Origin: Synechococcus sp. | Lineage (GTDB): Bacteria > Cyanobacteriota > Cyanobacteriia > PCC-6307 > Cyanobiaceae | NCBI GenBank assembly: GCA_047285305.1 | Contig: JBJBDL010000003.1 | Location: forward strand, 896,001 to 960,000 | Reading direction: 5' to 3' | DNA length: 64,000 nucleotides | Shown: one piece after another, positions 10,456-19,283 of the stretch | Layout of the letters: each line of letters begins with the position of its first letter | Numbering within the stretch: position 1 is the first letter of the stretch | The notes under the pieces: generated by a model | Told to the model about the DNA's origin: nothing | The model's input: the letters and a program-made list of their open reading frames with translations, nothing else | Database searches by the model: none | Program-made: the position numbers and the translations under genes

Positions 10456-11201
10456 GCTCCGAACAGCACCTGGGTGAGAACGACATCCATCAGTGCCACC
10501 AGGATCAGGATCATCACCACCGCGCCGGTGGTGCTGGTGCCCACTTCCTTGGGGCCGCCGCGGGTGGTCAGGCCCCAACCGCAGGCCACCGTGGCGATGA
10601 TCAGCCCGAACACCAGGGCTTTCACCAGCATGAACGGCAGGTCCAGCGGGTTCATCCAGGTCTGCACCGAGGTCCAGAACACCGCCGGCGGGATGTTGTA
10701 GAGGGCCGTGCTGGTGAGTTGGCCCGACCACACCGCCACGAAGAAGAAGAAGAAGCACTGCACCGGTGCCATCACCACCATGGCGATCATCCGGGGCACC
10801 ACCAGGTACTCCACCGGGTCGGTGCGCAGCATGGTGATCGCATCGATCTGTTCGGTCACCTTCATCGTCCCCAGCTGGGCGGCGTAGGCGGTGGCCACCT
10901 TGCCGGCCAGCAGGCAGGAGGTGAGCAGGGGCGCGATCTCCCGTGCCAGGCCGATCGCCAGGATGCCGCCCACCGTTGATCCCGCCCCCTGGCGGGTGAG
11001 TTCGGCGGCCACCTGAATGTTGAACACCGAGCCGGCGGCCACCGAGATGATCAGCACGATCAGCAGGCTGCCGGGGCCGGCCTCCAGCATTTGCTCAAAC
11101 AGCTCACCCCGATTGATGCGACCGCGCAGGGTGGCGGCCACGGCCTGGCCTCCGATCAGCAGGCTGGTGCCCAGGCGTTTGATGGAACGGGGCGTGTTCA
11201 T
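10452..11201 (-). CDS. mlaE: MlaE/TGD1-type lipid ABC transporter permease
   Basis: REIAPLL, AQLGTMKVTEQIDA, DPVEYLVVPR, GG.KEVG.STT.AVV. Confidence 0.92.
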   Translation of the reverse strand: MNTPRSIKRLGTSLLIGGQAVAATLRGRINRGELFEQMLEAGPGSLLIVLIISVAAGSVFNIQVAAELTRQGAGSTVGGILAIGLAREIAPLLTSCLLAGKVATAYAAQLGTMKVTEQIDAITMLRTDPVEYLVVPRMIAMVVMAPVQCFFFFFVAVWSGQLTSTALYNIPPAVFWTSVQTWMNPLDLPFMLVKALVFGLIIATVACGWGLTTRGGPKEVGTSTTGAVVMILILVALMDVVLTQVLFGA

Positions 11202-12571
11202 CCGGCGGCCTTCTGCAGGTGGGCTCCACGGTCGGGCCAGCCTCGCATCACCACAAGGCCAAGCAGCACAAGGATGGCGGGAATAAGACCCATGCAAAGG
11301 CGGAGCGCCAGCAGGGCTGAATCCGGCTGTTCGATGAAACTCAGTGCCCCGCTGCAGTTGCCCCCCTTGGCGGAGATGTAGCCGGTGAGCGAGAGCAGGC
11401 TGCCAAACACCGACATGGTCAGGCCGATGATCAGCTTCTGGCCGAACACCATCCAGGCGGTGTAAAGCCCGGCGGGTTTGCTCGGATCAGCGTCGATCGC
11501 ATCGGGCAGCAGCGACCAGGGGATCAGATAGGCCGTCGCCGCTCCCACTCCCACCAGGGCGATCAGCCCCACCAGCGGCAGCAGTTGCAGCGGGCCGGGG
11601 TCCGCCGCCAGGGGCGGGAACAGCATTGAAAGCAAGCAGGCGCTGATCCACAGTCCTGCGCCCCAGCGCAGGGTGGCGACGCGGCCGATGCGGTTGCTGA
11701 GGTTGCTCCAGAGCTGAAGCCCCAGCAGGGCGGCGATCTGGAAGGGCAGCAGGATCCAGGTGGAGAGGTTGGCGGGCACATGCACCACCTGCACCAGCCA
11801 GATCAGGGCCACCACCTGCATCAGTTGCAGGCCGAACCAGAGCAGCAGATACAGCCCCAGCACCTGGCGGAAACGGGGGTTGGCCATCACCCGTTTGAGC
11901 TGCTGCATCGGCGGCTCGTTGTTGGGCACCGGCCGTTGGGCCCGCTTGGCGTAGGGGGCCAGGCCCCAGCAGCAGAGCAGCGTGGTGGTGGCGGCGATGC
12001 TGCCGGTGATCCGGCCCATGGCCAGGTAGCCCCCGCCTCCGTCGGTGAGCACCACCGAAGCCACGATCAGTCCGCTCAGGCCCGCCAGGATTGATCCGGT
12101 GAACCGCGCCGCATTTAGGCGGGTGCGAATGGCGGTGTCCGGCGTGAGTTCGGTGCTGAGGGCGGCGTAGGGCAGGTTGACGCTGGTGTAGGCGGTCATC
12201 AGCAACACCGCCATCACCGCGTAATACGTGGTGCGCTGCAGCGTGTCGCCCGGGGGCACCCACCACATCGCCGTCAGGCTGATGCCCAGCGGCAGGGCTG
12301 CGGTCAGCATCCAGGGCAGGCGCGGGCCCCAGCGGCTGCGGGTGTGATCGCTGAGCCAGCCGATCAACGGATCATTCAGCGCATCCCACACCTTGCTCAC
12401 CGTGAGCAGAGAGCCGGCGATGAAGGCCGGCAGGCCAGCGGCGCAGATGAAAAACGGAAAGAGATAGAAGCCCAGCTGAGTGGCGGCAAGTCCGGTGCCG
12501 GCGTCGCCCAGGCCGTAGGCCAGCATCAGCCTGCGGCGGGATCCCTGCAGGGATGCGTCGGTCGGTGTCAC
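11198..12571 (-). CDS. MFS transporter, GPH (MelB-like) family
   Basis: YGLGD.G, WDALNDPLIGWLSD.TRSRWG.R.PW, PY.AL..ELT; about 12 TM segments. Confidence 0.9.
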   Translation of the reverse strand: MTPTDASLQGSRRRLMLAYGLGDAGTGLAATQLGFYLFPFFICAAGLPAFIAGSLLTVSKVWDALNDPLIGWLSDHTRSRWGPRLPWMLTAALPLGISLTAMWWVPPGDTLQRTTYYAVMAVLLMTAYTSVNLPYAALSTELTPDTAIRTRLNAARFTGSILAGLSGLIVASVVLTDGGGGYLAMGRITGSIAATTTLLCCWGLAPYAKRAQRPVPNNEPPMQQLKRVMANPRFRQVLGLYLLLWFGLQLMQVVALIWLVQVVHVPANLSTWILLPFQIAALLGLQLWSNLSNRIGRVATLRWGAGLWISACLLSMLFPPLAADPGPLQLLPLVGLIALVGVGAATAYLIPWSLLPDAIDADPSKPAGLYTAWMVFGQKLIIGLTMSVFGSLLSLTGYISAKGGNCSGALSFIEQPDSALLALRLCMGLIPAILVLLGLVVMRGWPDRGAHLQKAAG

Positions 12572-12657
12572 GCGGAGGCTTTGGGCAGGCGGATTGCCAT
12601 AATGAATGCGTGCTCACGACACCACCAGCCCCTGAGGCAGTGGTTCGTTTGTACTAC

Positions 12658-12728
12658 GCGGGTGTTGTGTAATGGTAAGACCTCAGCCTTCCAAGCTGAT
12701 GACACGGGTTCGATTCCCGTCACCCGCT
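12658..12728 (+). tRNA. tRNA-Gly (TCC)
   Basis: Acceptor GCGGGTG/CACCCGC, anticodon arm TCAGC-CTTCCAA-GCTGA, T-loop TTCGATT; CCA not encoded. Confidence 0.95.
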
Positions 12729-12732
12729 TTGA

Positions 12733-14823
12733 TCACAACCGCAGGCTTGTGGTTTCCTCCTCGGCGAGCAGCAGCACGAAGCTCCGGCTCTGCAAGGGGA
12801 TCTCAACGCCGCTGAAGCTGGCTGGCTCGGCTGGGAAATCCTTGGGGCTGGGCAAGGAGGTGTCGATCACCCGTTTCCAGGGGGAGGCCGGAACCGGCAA
12901 CTCAAAGCTGAGGCTTTCCTTGTAGGCGTTGAAGCCCATCCACAGCAGAGCCCCGCGGCTGCCGCGGTGGAGGCTGGTGGCCGTCGTGCGGCTCCAGGCG
13001 GCCCAGTCGGGTTTGGCCAGGTTCACCCCGTGCCATTGACGCCAGAGATCGCTGCGCTGCTCCGATGGTTGTTCCGCTGATTTGCGGTTGCTTTCCCGCG
13101 GCGGCACCAATGGATTGAACAGTTGCGGCAGGGCCTGGCGCAGCCGCAGCAGCCGCTGCAGAAATTGCTTCAGCTCCAGGTCGCACTGGTCTTCATTCCA
13201 GACCATCCAGCCCAGGGGGCTGTTCTGGCACCAGCTGTTGTTGTTACCCCCTTGGCTGCGGCCCACTTCATCGCCCATCAGCAGCATCGGCACGCCACGG
13301 GCCAGCAGCAGAGAGCTGAGCAGGTTGCGTTGCTGACGCCGCCGCAGGCTTTGCACCAGGGGGTTGCTGCTGGGGCCTTCGATGCCGTGGTTCCAGCTGT
13401 TGTTGTGGTTCTCGCCGTCGCGGTTGTCTTCGCCGTTGGCCAGGTTGTGCTTGCGGTTGTAGCTCACCAGATCCGCCAGGGTGAAGCCGTCGTGGGCGGT
13501 GATGAAGTTCACCGAACGCCCCAGGGCCACGGGCTTGCCGTCATAGAGATCGGGGCTGCCCTTGAACCGCTGGGCCAGGCTCCAGGTGCTGTGGTCGTCC
13601 CCTTTCCAGAAGCGCCGCACCCCGTCGCGGAAATGGCCGTTCCAGGTGCCGATCCGCTGGGCGGGGAAGTCGTCCAGCCGATAAAGACCGCCGCAGTCCC
13701 ACGGTTCGCTCACCAGTTTGAGATCACTCAGCTGCGGCTCGGCCTCCATGGCCGCGAACAGGGGCGGCTCATTCAGGGGTTTGAGCTGGTCGCCGCGGCT
13801 CAGGGCAATGCCCAGATCGAAGCGGAAGCCATCCACCCCCAGTTCAAGGGCCCAGCAGCGCATCGACTCGAGGATCAGCTGGGTGCTGATCGGCGCATTG
13901 GCGGCGATCGAGTTGCCGCAGCCGCTCACATCCTGATAGTCGCCGTCCTCGTTTTGGTGGTAGTAGACGTTGTCGGCGCAACCCCGCCAGCTCAGGGTGG
14001 GGCCATGGCGGTTGCCCTCGGTGGTGTGGTTGTAGACCACATCCAGCAGCACTTCGATGCCGGCGTCATGGCAGGCGGCCACCAGTTGGCGCACCTCATG
14101 GCGGGCCTGCAATGGATCGCTGCTGCTGCAGTAGCCGTGGTGGGGTGTGAACCAGCTCAGGGGGCTGTACCCCCACACGTTGTCGCGGCCCGGGGGCGCA
14201 TCGGCCGGGTCGAAGCAGAACACCGGCAGCAGCTCCACCGCCGTGATGCCCAGCTCCTTGAGGTAGGGCAACTTTTCAATCAGGCCTAGGTAGGTGCCGC
14301 GGTGTTCCACGGCGACCCCGGCATCCTCACGGCGGGTGAAGCCCCCCACGTGCAGCTCGTAGATCACCGTGCGTTGCCAGCTGTGGCGCGGGCGCGGATG
14401 GGCCTGAAAGTCGAACAGATCCCGTTCGCACACCACCGCCTTGAGGCAGGCATGGGCGTTGGGTGTGGGGCCGGTGGCCAGCACCCGGTCGTAGACGTCC
14501 CAACCACTGATCGCACGGGCGGCGGGGTCCAGCAGCACCTTGGAGGGCTGGAAGCCATGGCCCCCCGGCGCCAGCGGCCCGAAGACCCGGTAGCCGTAAC
14601 AGCAGCCTTCACCGACCCCCTCCACTTCCACGTGCCAGTAGTCGCCTGAGCGGTGACGTCGACCGTCCAGTTCGATCACCCGCTCCGGGCTGCGGTCGTT
14701 GCCGTTGCTGTAGAGCAGCAATTCAATGCGGTCGGCCCCGGGAGCCGCCAGCACAAAGTTCACACCTCGTCGGGTGAGGCTGCTGCCCAGGGGCCAGGGA
14801 GAACCGGGGTGAATGCCACTCAA
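12733..14823 (-). CDS. glgX: Glycogen debranching enzyme / isoamylase (GH13)
   Basis: IYELHV.GFT, WGYSP, LDVVYNHT, DGFRFD, EPWD, FITAHDGFTL.D; TTG start inferred at 14823 (the 884-aa ORF is over-extended). Confidence 0.95.
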   Translation of the reverse strand: MSGIHPGSPWPLGSSLTRRGVNFVLAAPGADRIELLLYSNGNDRSPERVIELDGRRHRSGDYWHVEVEGVGEGCCYGYRVFGPLAPGGHGFQPSKVLLDPAARAISGWDVYDRVLATGPTPNAHACLKAVVCERDLFDFQAHPRPRHSWQRTVIYELHVGGFTRREDAGVAVEHRGTYLGLIEKLPYLKELGITAVELLPVFCFDPADAPPGRDNVWGYSPLSWFTPHHGYCSSSDPLQARHEVRQLVAACHDAGIEVLLDVVYNHTTEGNRHGPTLSWRGCADNVYYHQNEDGDYQDVSGCGNSIAANAPISTQLILESMRCWALELGVDGFRFDLGIALSRGDQLKPLNEPPLFAAMEAEPQLSDLKLVSEPWDCGGLYRLDDFPAQRIGTWNGHFRDGVRRFWKGDDHSTWSLAQRFKGSPDLYDGKPVALGRSVNFITAHDGFTLADLVSYNRKHNLANGEDNRDGENHNNSWNHGIEGPSSNPLVQSLRRRQQRNLLSSLLLARGVPMLLMGDEVGRSQGGNNNSWCQNSPLGWMVWNEDQCDLELKQFLQRLLRLRQALPQLFNPLVPPRESNRKSAEQPSEQRSDLWRQWHGVNLAKPDWAAWSRTTATSLHRGSRGALLWMGFNAYKESLSFELPVPASPWKRVIDTSLPSPKDFPAEPASFSGVEIPLQSRSFVLLLAEEETTSLRL

Positions 14824-14880
14824 GGCCCGTAGGGGGCATCTCGACTTCAAACTAGTGGTTTGGTCCGTTGTTTTGAACCA

Positions 14881-15540
14881 ATGGCGATGACCACCACACT
14901 TGAGGCCGGCCGGCCGCCGCAGCAGCTGCGTGACGACCTCTGGTTGTTTCCGCCCAACCGCGACAGCCAGGGCGGCAGCTCCTGGTGGCTGGATCTGGAT
15001 CCCGAGCCCGTGCTGGTGGACTGCCCGCCGTTGACGGAGGCCAGCCTCACGGCTCTGTGCCAGCTGGCGGGAACCCGCAGCCCGAGGATCCTGCTCACCA
15101 GTCGAGAAGGCCACGGGCGCCTGCGTCGCGTTCAGGAGCGCCTGGGATGGCCGGTTCTGGTGCAGGAACAGGAGGCCTATCTCCTGCCCAATGTGGAGCC
15201 GTTGGACACCTTTGCCGAGGAACACACCACGGTGAGTGGTTTGCGGCTGTTGTGGACGCCGGGGCCGACGCCGGGGAGCTGTGTGGTGTTCGCCCCGGCA
15301 CCAAATGAACTGTTGTTCTGCGGGCGTTTGCTGACGCCATGGGCTCCGGGTCAGCTCGCGCCGATGCGCCATGCCCGCACATTCCACTGGCCCAGACAGC
15401 TGAACAGCTTGGCCAGGCTCAGGGAGTGGATTCCTTCAGATGCCAGTCCCCAACTGCTTTCTGGGGCTGGGCTTGGTGCCTTGCGTGGGGAGCGGCTCGT
15501 GCCCTTCAGCGGTTGGAGCGATGCTGCGGACAACTGCTAA
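14881..15540 (+). CDS. Metallo-beta-lactamase-fold protein (degenerate metal motif)
   Basis: FPPNRDS.GG.SW, LVDCP, WTPGPTPGS, LFCGR, a cyanobacterial MBL-like family. Confidence 0.78.
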   Translation: MAMTTTLEAGRPPQQLRDDLWLFPPNRDSQGGSSWWLDLDPEPVLVDCPPLTEASLTALCQLAGTRSPRILLTSREGHGRLRRVQERLGWPVLVQEQEAYLLPNVEPLDTFAEEHTTVSGLRLLWTPGPTPGSCVVFAPAPNELLFCGRLLTPWAPGQLAPMRHARTFHWPRQLNSLARLREWIPSDASPQLLSGAGLGALRGERLVPFSGWSDAADNC

Positions 15541-15673
15541 AGCGTTGCGGCACAACACGTTTCGCTTGCAGCAACCGGTTGCTCTCCATACGATTGGGCC
15601 GCTTGGGGAAGGCAGCGGCGAGCCCACGACGCCGTATCTGAGCCGTCTCCCGCCCCCCGACTCTCTCTAACCA

Positions 15674-15949
15674 ATGAACAAAGCTGATCTGGTGAATCTG
15701 GTGGCTGCTCGCACCGAGCTCACCAAGACCGACGTTTCCATGGTTGTCGACGCCGCCATCGACACGATCATCGACTCCGTGGTGGAAGGCAAGAAGGTGT
15801 CCATCCTCGGTTTCGGTTCCTTTGAGCCCCGTGAGCGTTCCGCCCGTCAGGGTCTGAACCCCAAGACCGGCGAGAAGATCGCGATTCCCGCCAAGCGCGT
15901 TCCCGCCTTCACCGCCGGCAAGATGTTCAAGGACCGCGTTCAGGGCTGA
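15674..15949 (+). CDS. hup: DNA-binding protein HU
   Basis: MNKADLV, GFGSF..RER.AR.G.NPKTGE.I.IPA..VP.F..GK. Confidence 0.97.
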   Translation: MNKADLVNLVAARTELTKTDVSMVVDAAIDTIIDSVVEGKKVSILGFGSFEPRERSARQGLNPKTGEKIAIPAKRVPAFTAGKMFKDRVQG

Positions 15950-15973
15950 TCAGCGCCTCAACCTCGTTCTCCG

Positions 15974-15998
15974 GGCGGCCCAGTGGGTCGCCTTTTTT
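15974..15998 (+). terminator. Intrinsic terminator of HU
   Basis: GGCGGCCC-agt-GGGTCGCC-TTTTTT. Confidence 0.8.
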
Positions 15999-16011
15999 GA
16001 TGGCTGTTCAG

Positions 16012-16896
16012 ATGAAGGAACTTCCGGAGCATCTGCAACAGCATCTGGAGCGGGGGCGAGCCTTGGCAGCCGCCGGTGGCTACCGCGGCCGTTTCGCCCC
16101 ATCCCCCACGGGGGTGCTCCACCTCGGCAACCTGCAAACGGCTCTGCTCTCGTGGTTGGCGGCCCGTCAGGCCGGTGGGGCCTGGTTGCTGCGCATCGAT
16201 GACCTCGATACGCCGCGCAACCGCGCCGGTGCCATCGAGGCGATCCAAAGCGATTTGTGCTGGCTGGGCCTGGAATGGGATGGGCCGGTGCTTCTCCAGA
16301 GCGAACGGCGTGGCATCTACCACTCCTGGTTGTCGTGGTTACGCCGATCCGGATGGTTGTTCGCCTGTCGCTGCTCCCGAAGGCAGCTTGCCGGTCAGCC
16401 GATCTACCCCGGCGTCTGCCGGACGGCTGGGCACCACTGGGGCTGGCAGCAGCAGCGGCTCCCCAGTTGGCGCCTGCGGGTGGCTGATGACGATCCCCAC
16501 AGCAGTGGCGATGTGGTGTTGCGGCGAGCCGATGGCTTCATCGCCTACCAGCTCGCCACCGTGATCGACGAACTCAGCCTCGGCATCACCGATGTGGTGC
16601 GTGGTGCTGATCTGCGCGAGGCCCTGCCAGCCCAGCGAAGTGTCTTTGCGGCCCTGGGTGAATCACCGCCCCAGTTCCGGCATGGGCCGCTGCTTTGTGA
16701 TGCCAGCGGCCAGAAACTGTCCAAGCGTGAGGCCAGTTCCGGCCTGGAACCGCTCCGTGCCGCGGGGCTCGATGCGGCTGCGGTGATTGGTCGTTTGGCC
16801 TCAGGCCTTCAGCTGCTGGATCCTGGTGCGCGCCTGAGTGCAACAGAGTTGCTCGAACACTTGACGCAGCAAGAGATCAATGCAGTGATTTCTTAA
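16012..16896 (+). CDS. gluQ: tRNA glutamyl-Q(34) synthetase
   Basis: GRFAPSPTG.LHLGN, LRIDDLD.PR, CxC zinc site, YQLA.V.D, VVRG.DL, KLSKR; no anticodon-binding domain. Confidence 0.92.
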   Translation: MKELPEHLQQHLERGRALAAAGGYRGRFAPSPTGVLHLGNLQTALLSWLAARQAGGAWLLRIDDLDTPRNRAGAIEAIQSDLCWLGLEWDGPVLLQSERRGIYHSWLSWLRRSGWLFACRCSRRQLAGQPIYPGVCRTAGHHWGWQQQRLPSWRLRVADDDPHSSGDVVLRRADGFIAYQLATVIDELSLGITDVVRGADLREALPAQRSVFAALGESPPQFRHGPLLCDASGQKLSKREASSGLEPLRAAGLDAAAVIGRLASGLQLLDPGARLSATELLEHLTQQEINAVIS

Positions 16897-16962
16897 GGAA
16901 CACTTCGGGATCAGCGGCGGGTTTTCCACCCACACTGAATCCATCGTCTGATCCTTGGGGTC

Positions 16963-17151
16963 ATGTGCACGTGCACCGTCTGTGGTGGCAGTGGGATGCA
17001 GCGGGTGTCGGGGGACCGCTTCCGCACGTGCATCGTCTGTCTGGGGACCGGTCAGATCAGTTCAGCGGTGCAGTCGGCACCGTTGAACCACCAGCCCATC
17101 AACACCCCAGGTCTGGCCAAACTCAGCTGTCCGACCCGGCCCCTGGCTTGA
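16963..17151 (+). CDS. Small DnaJ-type zinc-finger protein
   Basis: Two CxxCxGxG motifs (CTVCGGSG, CIVCLGTG). Confidence 0.65.
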   Translation: MCTCTVCGGSGMQRVSGDRFRTCIVCLGTGQISSAVQSAPLNHQPINTPGLAKLSCPTRPLA

Positions 17152-17154
17152 TCC

Positions 17155-17274
17155 TCAGCTCAGGGGAGTCTTCTGATCGTTCTGGATCACGAAGTAGGTG
17201 GCCGTCGCCACAACGATCAACAGCGGCACCGCGGTGAACAGCAGCAGGGCAATGGCGGTCCAGTCGGTGTACAC
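17155..17274 (-). CDS. 39-aa single-TM peptide, absent from the ORF track
   Basis: GTG start; MYTDWTAIALLLFTAVPLLIVVATATYFVIQNDQKTPLS*; GC3-rich codons. Confidence 0.6.
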   Translation of the reverse strand: MYTDWTAIALLLFTAVPLLIVVATATYFVIQNDQKTPLS

Positions 17275-17369
17275 GGCGGGGCGATGGGTCGAAGTTGAGG
17301 CATCATCTCAGCAAATCGCCCCCCTGAGCCCTGCTCGCGCGCTCCGTCACAGTCCTGCTGCTCCTCGCC

Positions 17370-17642
17370 ATGGCGGCCCCTGTGGTGCGTGCGTCGCCCT
17401 TGGCAGCCTTTCAGGCCCGAGCCAGGCGCTGCTTGGAGGGCCGTCAGCCTCAGCTCTGTGAACAGGCCTTGGTCGAGGCGGAGGCCCTGCAGCAACAGGC
17501 GTCAGCCAGCAGTGCCTATCCCTGCCAGACCCTGCTGTTGGGGGTTCAGGCGGATCTGGTGATGCAGCAGCTCCGGGCGGGCCGTGGCGCCGAGGCCATT
17601 GCTGACCTGCAGGCGGCGACCCGCGGCTGCGCTGGGCTCTGA
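17370..17642 (+). CDS. Hypothetical, probably secreted Cys-containing protein
   Basis: Helical protein with four Cys (YPCQT.LLG); a hydrophobic in-frame stretch upstream suggests the start could be CTG 17331. Confidence 0.65.
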   Translation: MAAPVVRASPLAAFQARARRCLEGRQPQLCEQALVEAEALQQQASASSAYPCQTLLLGVQADLVMQQLRAGRGAEAIADLQAATRGCAGL

Positions 17643-17661
17643 TGCAGCCAGCTGCATCCCG

Positions 17662-18441
17662 TTATCGGCCAACAATCACCGGTGGTGTGCTGCCACCACG
17701 AATGGGAGGAACCACCTTTGTTTTCCCGTCCCACTTGTCGAGGAACAGCTTGTAGAGAACGCTGTCATTGAGCGAGCGGGTCAAGGTCTGAAACTTCAGG
17801 GCCTCCTGCTCGGCGATCTGAACCTCTGTTTTGGCGCGCAGAAGCTGCTGTTGTGCAATCTGCTTCTGCTCGATGGCCGCTCGGTATTCCTCAGCAATCT
17901 TGAGGCCCGTGATGTCCAGGCCTTTAACGGCCACATAGTCGAATTTGCTCAGCTCATTGGAGACGCTTTCTTGCACAAGGGTGGAAATGTTGTTCCAGTC
18001 GGTGGCGATGGTGTCGAGTTCATACTTCGAGAACACCGATTTCAGTGATTTCAGCAGCGATGGCTGGATCACCCTGGCGTAAATCGCAGAGTCATCGGTG
18101 GCAATCGTGCTGTAGATCCTGGGGGCTTCTCCGGGCTTGACCGCATATTTCACCGTTGCTGTGGCTTCGATCACCTGCAGGTCTTTGGTGAGTGTTGAAA
18201 ATTTTTCGGGGATGACCTGCGTTCTGACGCTGAAATTATGGGTCGACTGAATGAACGGAAGTTTGAGGTTCAACCCCGGCTCTCTTGGGGTGTTGGAGAC
18301 TTTGCCAAGGGTGGTGACCACGCCAACTTCACCAGCGGGAACAACAAACACGCTGGAGAGCAGAGCAATGCCTCCAATGAAAACCGTGGTGACGCCCACC
18401 ACGGTTTTGGTGATCTGCTCCGGCTGGGGGTTGGCTTGCAT
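17662..18441 (-). CDS. SPFH/prohibitin (band 7) family protein
   Basis: N-terminal TM, VPAGEVGVVTTLG, PGL..K.PFIQ, TKDLQ, AIEQKQIAQQ, KWDG. Confidence 0.92.
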   Translation of the reverse strand: MQANPQPEQITKTVVGVTTVFIGGIALLSSVFVVPAGEVGVVTTLGKVSNTPREPGLNLKLPFIQSTHNFSVRTQVIPEKFSTLTKDLQVIEATATVKYAVKPGEAPRIYSTIATDDSAIYARVIQPSLLKSLKSVFSKYELDTIATDWNNISTLVQESVSNELSKFDYVAVKGLDITGLKIAEEYRAAIEQKQIAQQQLLRAKTEVQIAEQEALKFQTLTRSLNDSVLYKLFLDKWDGKTKVVPPIRGGSTPPVIVGR

Positions 18442-18554
18442 GCTGCTGGCTTGATTCGATCCTTAAAACGGTAGTGATTTGTTGTGGGTTATTGGCAAAA
18501 AATTTCTGATGATCTCTGGACTGGTGCAGCAGCGATTGTGGTGTTTTTGCTCAG

Positions 18555-19283
18555 TCAGCTTCTGCGTTCCCGGTGCATCCAGCTGATCCAGTCGGCGGAA
18601 ATCTCCTGAGGACAGACCGCCTCGCATTCGAGGTTGCTGCTGCAGCTGCCGAAGCCCTCGGCCTCCATCTGGCGTTGCATCGCGTCAGCGCGGCTGGCCC
18701 GTTCCGGTTGCCCCTGCGGCAGTTGCCCCAAGTGCGCCAGCTTGGCGGCCACGAACAGGCTTGCCGAGGCATTGCGGCAACTGGCGACGCAGGCGCCACA
18801 ACCGATGCAGGTTGCCGTGCTGAAGGCGCTTGTGGCCTGCTCCCGGCCCACGGGCAGGGCGTTGCCATCGGGGGCCTGGCCAGTGCCCGTTGAGCAGTAG
18901 CCGCCGGCGGCGATCAGCCGGTCAAAGGCGGAGCGGTCCACCATCAGATCCTGGATCGGAGGAAAGGCCTTGGCGCGCCATGGATCCAGGGTCAGCACCG
19001 CACCATCGTTGAACTCCCGCAGGTAGAGCTGGCATACGGAGGTGGCGGCCCGAGGGCCATGGGCCTGGCCGTTCACCAGGAAGCCGCAGCTGCCGCAGAT
19101 GCCTTCGCGGCAGTCGTGCTCGAAGCTCACCGGCCGTTCCCCGGCGCTGATCAGTTGTTCATTGAGCTGATCGAGGGCCTCCAGCAGGGAGAGGTTGGGG
19201 GAGACGTTCTCCAGCTGATGGCTCTGGTAACCACCGGGTTGATCGGCGCTGCTCTGGCGCCAGATGCGCAGGGTGAGTTTCAT
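18555..19283 (-). CDS. sdhB: Succinate dehydrogenase/fumarate reductase Fe-S subunit
   Basis: [33 protein letters not shown]. Confidence 0.93.
   Translation of the reverse strand: MKLTLRIWRQSSADQPGGYQSHQLENVSPNLSLLEALDQLNEQLISAGERPVSFEHDCREGICGSCGFLVNGQAHGPRAATSVCQLYLREFNDGAVLTLDPWRAKAFPPIQDLMVDRSAFDRLIAAGGYCSTGTGQAPDGNALPVGREQATSAFSTATCIGCGACVASCRNASASLFVAAKLAHLGQLPQGQPERASRADAMQRQMEAEGFGSCSSNLECEAVCPQEISADWISWMHRERRS

Noticed and set aside
14824..15387. N-terminal extension of glgX (884-aa ORF)
   Set aside because: It overlaps the divergent MBL-fold gene; GlgX-like sequence begins at about 14823.
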